From positions 28,538,014-28,602,013 of the forward strand of contig NC_068985.1 in NCBI RefSeq assembly GCF_001194135.2: a stretch of DNA of 64,000 bases, written 5' to 3'. The notes under the pieces were generated by a model. The model was not told where the DNA came from, did no database searches, and saw only the letters and a program-made list of their open reading frames with translations. The stretch comes from Octopus bimaculoides (lineage: Eukaryota). Shown here in pieces: positions 53,951 through 64,000 of the stretch; the stretch's first letter is position 1, and each line of letters opens with the position of its first letter. The translations under genes were made by a program, and so were the position numbers.

Positions 53951-55119
53951 ATATGTGTGTCTGTCTTTTAGTTTTTGTTTACTTATATACATCAACAAAT
54001 GAGCCTGAGTGGAAAACGTTAGACAATACGCACACATTCGTTCATATATACACACGTACAATCATACATGCACACGCACATACATATTAACACATACATG
54101 CACACATAAATATATGATGACGTGAGAAATATAAGAAAAATGGTTTCAGTATCATCCATATTTATGTCAATGCAAAAGCCGCAGTCTGAGTGTATCTGCG
54201 GTATTTTCTACAAGCCCTATCGTTGAAGAAATTTCAATGACCATTGTCGAACAATATGTTTATGTTCATCTTTTCATTGACTTTTCTGTGCAACGCAGCA
54301 AAGTTTTATTAGAAAGTTTTTTTTTTTTATTTTCTATCTCACTTTCTCTCTTTTTTTGTCTCAGGAATAATCAAAAACTATATCTTATATTCAGCATCAA
54401 ATTTTATTAATTTAATATAGCATTTATCTTTTTTTTATGATTAAAGAGTGTCTACTTCAAAAATTCTGTTATATCTTGAGTTGATGAGATCCGGATTTAA
54501 ATGTAAATATCTGAAGGCGTTCATGAAAAAATATTTCAAATTTCGTGAATTTTTTCCGTTTTTTTTTTTTTAATTAACAAGTATTTTAAAAACTTTAGAG
54601 ATAGGTATAGGATTAAAACATAATCTGGTCTTCTAAATACCCTCATATTAACAAAAGTACGGTCAATTATACACTTGGGGAAACTTGGCCAGGAATATAA
54701 CTTGAGCTAAGATAATCTAGATATAAAATTTAGCTGTCTTTCAAATGGATCAGTAACTTCATCAATTCTTTTACAAGTATCCCTTAGATGTTTTAAATTG
54801 TTATATTATTCTTATCTAAGAAGGAAAAAAAATAGAAATTCATGGAACTTGACATATTTTCCCTTCAAATGTGTAAAATTGAAGAAACGATAACATTGAA
54901 ACTAAGACTTTTCTGTTAAAAACTTTTCTTATATTAGTATTAGTACCTTGTTTACCAATGGGCTAAGGAAGAATAGAATTTCTAATCTCATTAAGTTTTC
55001 TAAGATACCGGTCTCCTTACCTGAATGAAATGATAACTCATGTAGCAGTTTGTAAGAGTATTTTCCAATTGGTACAAACGGATGGGAATAATACGATTCA
55101 TAAAATCTTCATCATTAGG

Positions 55120-55900
55120 GATAATGTAATCTCACCAGATAGAGAGAAGAACCTTTTTCCCATGAACTTCCCTTCTCGGTTGTGGTTGAGCTTTTTCCCT
55201 TTTACCAAGCCTCTGTTTACGGCGTTTAACATTTCGTTAGATCCATTTTTCGTCACCAGTCACAAGTCTATCGAAAAAGGGTGAAATGAATTCGCGAGAA
55301 TGGAAAGAAGAGCAGAAGTCAACTCGGGATTTGCGGTTGCTTTCGGACAATTCACGAGGCACCCATTTTCCAAGTTTAGGAACTTTTCCCAGTTGTTGAA
55401 GATGATGATGAACAGTTGTATGGTTTGAACTAAGCTTTATTGCCAATTCTTCAACTGATAATGCAGGATTTTCTTCAAGTAATGCCTCAAGGAGCTTATC
55501 ATCAAACTCAACTGGACGTCCTGTTTGATCTTCATCTTCAAGGCTGAAATCTCCACTTTTAAATTTTGAAAACCATCTTCTGCAAGTTCTTTCATTCAAA
55601 CATCCATTCCCATAAACTAAGTGTATGTTTCGAGTCGCTTTGGCTGCAGAGTTTCCTTTTTTTTTGTACTCATAAAGCATTATGTGCCTCAAATGCTTTT
55701 TGGATACTTCCATGTTAGAAAGGGTATTAATCAAAGATATTTTTAATTCTATTATTCTGTAAAATAGTATTTAATTAGTTTAAATGTACACAAATGCATA
55801 AAAATAATTTTTAATTCCATTAGACATTCTAAAATACTATTAAATTTCATTCAATTTTAAAAAAGGCAAAATCGGATAGAACTTATGGGATGATCTGATA
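55120..55900 (-). mobile_element. 3'-truncated mariner (Tc1/mariner) transposon with 5' TIR
   Basis: TIR-like tatcagatcatcccataagttc at 55900 next to TA; no second TIR found. Confidence 0.85.
55125..55713 (-). pseudogene. Mariner transposase pseudogene (HTH domains, WVP linker, first catalytic Asp)
   Basis: MEVSKKHLRHIMLYE...ERTCRRWFSKFKSGDFSLED...GRP...GKWVPRELS...LVTGDEKWI* then KKVLLSIW*D; two stops and truncation. Confidence 0.9.
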
Positions 55901-57406
55901 TACATATATACAGATATATCAGGTATTATGTACTGCTATCTCTAAAAGAAGGAACCACTTGAAAGGTTGTGGAGATGAATAGTTCATCTCACAGTGACTC
56001 GTGTTGTCATTCTCTAGAAATATTTCGGGTTTCATACATATTCATTTTAAAGCAAACTAGAATAAGGTGTTTTTATATGCGTTTACTGTATGACAATTTT
56101 CGATTTGCAAAGCATTTTATTATCGCATTCTAAGAAGAATCAGCCCTAACTTAAAAAAAGGAAAAATAAATAAATAATAAAAATTTCTCTTGAACGTGTT
56201 AGAACGTTATAGCTTCTCAGTCGTTCTCACTTGGAAATAGTTAATGCTTTTCAGAAAACGAATAAAGTTGGCAGGAAATAACGATGTAAGATGAGATTAC
56301 ATTAAAACAAAAAGATACAGATAACTCAATTTCTTTCGCTTTAATCCCCAAATGATTGACCACGAAAGAGATGAATTTTTCAAAAGACTTCACACAGCCA
56401 AATGCTGATATGAAGGTACAAAATGAAATGAGATTCCTGGAACAATCGTATTTAAGACATCGTTGGTAATCAACATGTTATCATTTGCCAAGGCGTAAAA
56501 AGAAACCTGGCATGGAAATATAGTCACACGGATAGTCAAGTAGTCGTCGTTTCGAAGAATTCTACTTAATTTGGTGTATGCTAAAGGTTGAATTGAAGAA
56601 AGATCTCAAAAATTCTTTGGATAAGACGAATGCTAATTAGTTTTCTACTACAATGATACTGAATAATACCAAACTGTGGTCTTGAATCTGGTGTAATTAA
56701 GACAGAATGTCGTTTCCAATAATGAGTTTAGTATCAAAACATAACTGGGGAATAAAGTTAGAATGTGTGTCAAGAATTTAGTAGATGTACGCGAAAAAAC
56801 TATGTGTACACGCTATAGATGTGAGTGAGTGTGCCTTAGCCTCGTCATCGCCTGTGGCAATGCTACGAGCGTGCTCGCTTGCTTCAGTAGGTACCATAGA
56901 ACCTTGTGGTGTACGATCACTTGAAGCACTTGGTGCTGTATTGTTGTGTTTTTTTCTCTTTCCCAGAAATGGTTTCAGTACAGTTTTAGCCGAAAGATTT
57001 GGAAGGATTAAAAAACAGTTCTCCGGTAATTTTCTTTCATATAAAGAAATGTTTATACTTATTTAAGAATTTGCCAGCAAAATCTTGTAAAATGGCAATG
57101 TTCTAAAAGATGTACATTTAGATGTATTTAAAGTTGTGAAATTTTGGGAGTATTGTGTATGTAGATGCACAAACAATCATAGACGTATATAATATCATTC
57201 TTACATGGAAAAGATTGAAAGTGATTTCGAAGTTTCGGCTTATTTGCCGCTATCAGATTGTCTGACGATGGCAGGCCGACCGAAGCGTGAAACTTCCAAG
57301 TGACAGTTGACCGTAAAACTTTAAAAAGTAAGAAAAGTTTTGCGTAATCCTTCAGTTTAATGTTATCTTTAAATGTTTTTTATATATAACTTGAGATAAA
57401 ATCAAG

Positions 57407-57503
<97 letters not shown>

Positions 57504-57831
57504 ACACAAACACACACACACATATATATATGTGGATGGCTGGACTTTGAGTCTCTACGTTCTGGTTATCTCTGTTTGCAGATTTTTATATTTCAGGTTA
57601 TAACTGAATATAAACATATGATCTGTTCTTCTTTTGGAAGTGATACGTCTAGAAGAAGCTGCTTCTCTCCCAGAACGTCTTTGATCATGTCTAACTGAAG
57701 TGTTTTCATCTTTCTGTGTGAATAATAGTAATTTTAATCTTCCTGTATTAATGATCAGTCTCAGAGATATTTTGTTTTGCTTATCTCAGCCAGCCTTTTA
57801 TGTTTTCAGTAAGTGCTGTTGTTGTTGTAAT

Positions 57832-57842
57832 CATCATCATCA

Positions 57843-57875
<33 letters not shown>

Positions 57876-57911
57876 TCCTCCTCCTCCTCCTCCTCCTCCT
57901 CCTCCTCCTCC

Positions 57912-57961
<50 letters not shown>

Positions 57962-57977
57962 TTCATCATCATCATCA
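57832..57977. repeat. Compound (CAT)(CGT)(CCT)(CAT) array
   Basis: Direct reading. Confidence 0.95.
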
Positions 57978-58029
57978 TCAAGATCCTCGTCATCAGCATC
58001 GTCATATCGTCATTATTATAATAATTACT

Positions 58030-58190
58030 ATTTCGCCCGTCGCTACGTTCTGAGTTCAAATTCTGTCGCGGTCGACTTTGCCTTTCATCCCTCGGGGTCC
58101 ATGAAATAAGCACCAGTTGAACGCTGGGATCGATGTAGTCGACACATTTCTACCTCTCCCAAGCTGCCCTTGTGGCAAAAATTTGAAGCA
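58030..58190 (+). mobile_element. SINE family B lacking A-box end
   Basis: ctacgttctgagttcaaattctgtcgcggtcgactttgcctttcatccctcggggtc. Confidence 0.8.
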
Positions 58191-58228
58191 ATTATTATGA
58201 TAATAATTCTTAGTCTTGTTGTTGTTGC

Positions 58229-58283
<55 letters not shown>

Positions 58284-58314
58284 GCTATTACTATTATTAT
58301 TATTATTATTATTG

Positions 58315-58361
<47 letters not shown>

Positions 58362-58363
<2 letters not shown>

Positions 58364-59790
58364 ACATTTGGTAGTTTCTACTGTACCAGCTGCTACACCT
58401 CCGGACTGCTGGGCTGTGTGTAGCATTGCGTAATCTTTTTTGTTGTTATGGGAGTGCAAACACTTCCCGGTATTGTATTGCGTCCGTTTGTTTTGTTATG
58501 GCGTCTGGTTACAATCTTTTGCTGTATTAGTGTTTGTATTTTGTGTTGTGTGTATAATACAAGTAGTGTTGTTCTTCTGTTGGGTATCAAGCCTGTTGGT
58601 AGTTGTTTATTTTATTGGATATTTGCTTTATAGAGTGAGTCTTATATTTGCGGATTGCTTTCTTTTAAGTTATTTTATAGCTCGTTTGTCATGGTGTCTG
58701 TTATTTTGATTATTGTTGTGTTGTGTTTCAGTATTTGCTTGTCTATGTGTATTGTTGATTTCCTGTGCTATACTATTCATTTCTGGCGTATGTAGCTGTT
58801 TAAAGATTTTACTCAAGCTTAGCCTTGTATTTGCTGTATGCATTGTTACGTCTGTTGTGTTCCTTTCTTTTGTGAGATTTTATTTCTTTTCGAAGATATA
58901 ATCCCTGATAGGTTATATTTGCTTGGTTGCAACTCATTGTCTTGAGTTTTGAGATGTTTTGTTTTATCTTTTATTAATTTGTCGGATATTTGAAAGAGTG
59001 TTTTCCGAATGTTTTTTCTTAATTTCAACATTTCTTCTTTTCCATATTTCATATGTTACCTTGATCGTCTCGATGTGTTTTAGCTATAATTTTGCAGTGT
59101 AGACTGTATATAGTACTCCAATGTAGTCGTCATCTATCCACCGTTCTCTTTTGATTTTATTGTTTGCTTGAGCAATGACCTCAAGTGAGGAGTCTGTCAG
59201 TTCAGCGTTAACTTTTTAGCAGAACACCGTCTCTGGGCGTATTTGAAGCTTCCTTCGTATCGCGAGCGCTCGAGACTCACAGATCGAAGTTCACCTCTAT
59301 TTGTTTTGATAGTTTTATTACCGAACACATTTGCTTTTTTCTCTAATATTAAAATGAGACCTGTTACAGTTTATATTTATTATCATTTCTCTCTTTTATG
59401 TTGTTTGAACACTGGGTGTTCTATGTTGTCGTGTTCATGTGTGAAAGGTTGTACGTGTACGTATGTGAACTGTATAAACATTACATTTATGTGCATATGT
59501 ATGGAAAAGAGAATCCATATAAGATTAATATTTGTACTCACAGATTTTTTATAGGGAGATCGCATTTTCGCGTGTTGTTTAACTTGCTATATAAGTATAT
59601 CGCATCCCCACGTGTTGTTTACACTCTCGCACACGTGCTTTGCTGAGACAACGTGCCTGGCAGCGAATATATTTCATATAAGAGAGAAAAATTTCGGTGT
59701 CCTGAAATTATTTACATTAAGGAACAATTTTTCTTCATTTCTTTGCAGTTTCTTAAATTCTGTGTTGCGATAACCACAGATTTAATCCTA
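58362..59790 (-). mobile_element. Decayed R4/Dong-like RLE retrotransposon piece between (TAA)n arrays
   Basis: Minus frame near 59160-58980 reads KRERWIDDDYIGVLYTVYTAKL*...TYEIWKRRN...NTLSNIRQI, resembling the N-terminus of R4-clade ORFs (from memory); strong A/C skew; (ATT)n at both ends. Confidence 0.55.
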
Positions 59791-59791
59791 C

Positions 59792-59879
<88 letters not shown>

Positions 59880-59887
59880 GCTATTAC

Positions 59888-59965
<78 letters not shown>

Positions 59966-60868
59966 NNNNNNNNNNNNNNNNNNNNNNNNNNNNNNNNNNN
60001 NNNNNNNNNNNNNNNNNNNNNNNNNNNNNNNNNNNNNNNNNNNNNNNNNNNNNNNNNNNNNNNNNNNNNNNNNNNNNNNNNNNNNNNNNNNNNNNNNNNN
60101 NNNNNNNNNNNNNNNNNNNNNNNNNNNNNNNNNNNNNNNNNNNNNNNNNNNNNNNNNNNNNNNNNNNNNNNNNNNNNNNNNNNNNNNNNNNNNNNNNNNN
60201 NNNNNNNNNNNNNNNNNNNNNNNNNNNNNNNNNNNNNNNNNNNNNNNNNNNNNNNNNNNNNNNNNNNNNNNNNNNNNNNNNNNNNNNNNNNNNNNNNNNN
60301 NNNNNNNNNNNNNNNNNNNNNNNNNNNNNNNNNNNNNNNNNNNNNNNNNNNNNNNNNNNNNNNNNNNNNNNNNNNNNNNNNNNNNNNNNNNNNNNNNNNN
60401 NNNNNNNNNNNNNNNNNNNNNNNNNNNNNNNNNNNNNNNNNNNNNNNNNNNNNNNNNNNNNNNNNNNNNNNNNNNNNNNNNNNNNNNNNNNNNNNNNNNN
60501 NNNNNNNNNNNNNNNNNNNNNNNNNNNNNNNNNNNNNNNNNNNNNNNNNNNNNNNNNNNNNNNNNNNNNNNNNNNNNNNNNNNNNNNNNNNNNNNNNNNN
60601 NNNNNNNNNNNNNNNNNNNNNNNNNNNNNNNNNNNNNNNNNNNNNNNNNNNNNNNNNNNNNNNNNNNNNNNNNNNNNNNNNNNNNNNNNNNNNNNNNNNN
60701 NNNNNNNNNNNNNNNNNNNNNNNNNNNNNNNNNNNNNNNNNNNNNNNNNNNNNNNNNNNNNNNNNNNNNNNNNNNNNNNNNNNNNNNNNNNNNNNNNNNN
60801 NNNNNNNNNNNNNNNNNNNNNNNNNNNNNNNNNNNNNNNNNTATATATATATATATATATATATATAT

Positions 60869-61004
60869 GGGCGCAGGAGTGGCTGTGTGGTAAGTAACTT
60901 GGTTACCAATCACATGGTTCCTGGTTCAGTCCCACACGTGGCACCTTCGGCCGACCAAATCCTCGTGAGTGGATTTGGTAGACAGAAACCGAAAGAAGCC
61001 TGTC

Positions 61005-61041
<37 letters not shown>

Positions 61042-61190
61042 TGTGTTTGTCGCTTGACAACCGATGTTGGTGTGCTTACGTCCCCGTAACCTAGCGGTTC
61101 GGCATAGAAGACCGATAAAATAATTACTGGGCCTACAAAGAATAAGTCCTGCGGTAGCAGTCAAATGACTGAAACAAATAAAAGAATATA
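60869..61190 (+). mobile_element. SINE family A with two internal deletions
   Basis: ggcgcaggagtggctgtgtggtaag head; gtggcacctt joined to cggccgacc; tail shortened. Confidence 0.85.
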
Positions 61191-61379
61191 TACATATACA
61201 TATATAAACATATGGATACCAGTCAGCAACTGGGCAGGTTCACATCCGATTCGCAGATGTATGTGTGCGTGTGTGCGTGTGTTTTTCTGTGTATGAATTT
61301 TCTTTTTATGTAAACAATGGAGAGGTTGATAATGACATTGAAGTTTCTCCTTAATTACCTTCATTAGATAGTATGCTAT

Positions 61380-61520
61380 CTCCCGCCTTCAGGTTGCCTC
61401 CATTCAGTTCAGATCGACAGAGCATCTCCACTCTCCAAATGTACTTCGACGTGATCTTGTTTTTCGACTTGTCTTTCTCTAATGTTCTTATCCTCCAGAA
61501 GTTCTACGCCATTGTTGTCG
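61380..61520 (-). pseudogene. R4-like reverse transcriptase fragment
   Basis: LLEDKNIRERQV then, after a frameshift, KNKITSKYIWRVEMLCRSELNGGNL, resembling the R4-clade motif K..Y..RVR.IL.S.LNGGN (from memory). Confidence 0.5.
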
Positions 61521-61909
61521 GCTTTACTACTTCTCGTTATTTCCTGGTCAGCGCTTTTATCTAGACAAAACGACGTGGGGAATATCTTGTGAGAAAATTT
61601 GCGCGATCTGAACAAGTGAGTCAAGTTGATTCCTTGCTCGTAAATCTTTAAATCGAACATGAAGTGGAAGTAGTTAATTGGTCTTAAGTTCTGCAGTCTG
61701 TAATCAGAAAACTATGAGACTAATGTAGAATTTTATTTTGTGTTTAAACAAACAAAAGAAAAATCTATAGATTTCGTCACTGATGTGTCTAACTGCGACC
61801 GAGAGAGAAAGACAAGGATGGATGAAAGAGACTGCCAGACGTATAGGTAGTTAGTTGGATAAATATAGATAAGTAGGTAGACACACAAACAGAATAGATT
61901 AGATTAGAT

Positions 61910-62019
<110 letters not shown>

Positions 62020-62026
62020 TACAGAC

Positions 62027-62083
<57 letters not shown>

Positions 62084-63294
62084 TGGGAAGTGTTAAAACG
62101 TGAGACAGTATCAGTTGGTGAGTTAGAAGATAAAAAAGATTGAAGAAAAACAATCTGATATTTAATGTGTGTGTGTGCATGTGGACATACAAATACACAC
62201 ACATATACACTCACACATATGTACGCACATATGTACGCACATTTATATGCATCATATTGCCTTCATTGATTTCTTACCTCTTTCTACTTCCCTTCCTGTC
62301 CACGTATTTTTTTATATCTTATGCCCTGTTGATAGGTTTTCACTCTCCTCACTTCCACACGTACCTATACATGTAATATATTATATCTATGTATATGTAT
62401 ACATACATACATATATATATANNNNNNNNNNNNNNNNNNNNNNNNNNNNNNNNNNNNNNNNNNNNNNNNNNNNNNNNNNNNNNNNNNNNNNNNNNNNNNN
62501 NNNNNNNNNNNNNNNNNNNNNNNNNNNNNNNNNNNNNNNNNNNNNNNNNNNNNNNNNNNNNNNNNNNNNNNNNNNNNNNNNNNNNNNNNNNNNNNNNNNN
62601 NNNNNNNNNNNNNNNNNNNNNNNNNNNNNNNNNNNNNNNNNNNNNNNNNNNNNNNNNNNNNNNNNNNNNNNNNNNNNNNNNNNNNNNNNNNNNNNNNNNN
62701 NNNNNNNNNNNNNNNNNNNNNNNNNNNNNNNNNNNNNNNNNNNNNNNNNNNNNNNNNNNNNNNNNNNNNNNNNNNNNNNNNNNNNNNNNNNNNNNNNNNN
62801 NNNNNNNNNNNNNNNNNNNNNNNNNNNNNNNNNNNNNNNNNNNNNNNNNNNNNNNNNNNNNNNNNNNNNNNNNNNNNNNNNNNNNNNNNNNNNNNNNNNN
62901 NNNNNNNNNNNNNNNNNNNNNNNNNNNNNNNNNNNNNNNNNNNNNNNNNNNNNNNNNNNNNNNNNNNNNNNNNNNNNNNNNNNNNNNNNNNNNNNNNNNN
63001 NNNNNNNNNNNNNNNNNNNNNNNNNNNNNNNNNNNNNNNNNNNNNNNNNNNNNNNNNNNNNNNNNNNNNNNNNNNNNNNNNNNNNNNNNNNNNNNNNNNN
63101 NNNNNNNNNNNNNNNNNNNNNNNNNNNNNNNNNNNNNNNNNNNNNNNNNNNNNNNNNNNNNNNNNNNNNNNNNNNNNNNNNNNNNNNNNNNNNNNNNNNN
63201 NNNNNNNNNNNNNNNNNNNNNNNNNNNNNNNNNNNNNNNNNNNNNNNNNNNNNNNNNNNNNNNNNNNNATATATATATATATATATATATATAT

Positions 63295-63460
63295 ACGACG
63301 GGCTTCTTTCAGTTTCCGTCTACCAAATCCACTCACAACGCTTTGGTCAGCCCGAGACTATAGTAGAAGACACTTGCCCAAAGTGCCACGCAGTGGGACT
63401 GAACCCTGAACCATGTGGTTCGTAGGCAAGCGACTTAACACACAGCCACTCCTACGCCTA
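63295..63460 (-). mobile_element. SINE family A, 5' half
   Basis: Near identical to 16-165. Confidence 0.85.
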
Positions 63461-64000
63461 TGAACCTCTTGTTTATTATCTTATTCTAGTGGACACCATA
63501 GCTATACGATGTTTGAAACAGTTATAATAGCCTTCTGAAAATTTACGAATTTGCACTCCTGTGAGATATTATTTTTGTCTCTCATTGACTCGTCTATATG
63601 GTAGCTTGACTTACAAGAAATAACACTACATTTTCCTTAAATTACATTCTACCATATTAGAAAAAAACGGGTATTGTATTTCTTGTAGTCATAGATGTAG
63701 AAATGAAAAGAAGATTTAATGATCACATTTGAAATGATTTTGCTCAAAGCTGGAGAACAGCAGGGAAATAATATTTTCCAAATATATTTTGCAGTACTCT
63801 ATATTTATGGCTTCATCTTACTAAAATCACTTGAAATATTTCTTCTTTTTTTCTTTCTAATAAAAAGTCAATTTTCAAAATAAACATTATCGCATGAACA
63901 CATTTCTCGAAATAATATCAAAAATACAATTTTTTTTAAACATCGAGATATTTTTGTTGACCTAAGCAATAAATTTTTATACAAGATATTTCGAGCTGAA

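Noticed and set aside
56280-56640. Degenerate Tc1 transposase
   Set aside because: Only a vague resemblance near IWCMLKVEL; no catalytic motifs or TIRs
61359-61560. Host coding exon
   Set aside because: No frame is open through the whole segment; better explained as a frameshifted R4-like RT relic

Overview
Eukaryotic, AT-rich, non-genic window of a gapped draft assembly. It is most likely an octopus: there are dense (TA)/(CA)/(GA)/(GATA) microsatellites, N gaps at those repeats and many copies of several tRNA-derived SINE families. No host gene can be supported, and almost all listed ORFs are microsatellite or N-gap artefacts. Recognisable decayed transposons include a 5' half of a mariner transposase, an RTE LINE 3' end, two R4/Dong-like RLE retrotransposon pieces (one between (TAA)n arrays) and several MITE remnants. 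The main hidden signal is a set of minimal type I hammerhead ribozyme (HHR) motifs of at least three sequence families. Two HHRs with intact catalytic cores (45012-45056 +, 21162-21204 -) sit in homologous ~351-360 bp non-coding units. These units are terminally redundant, end at the same position and show compensatory stem changes, as expected for a retrozyme-like or Penelope pseudo-LTR-derived element possibly copied from a circular or multimeric RNA. Further HHR remnants and several fold-back repeats point to the same Penelope-type machinery. Repeat boundaries are read by eye and are approximate. Family assignments from protein resemblance are from memory, not database searches.
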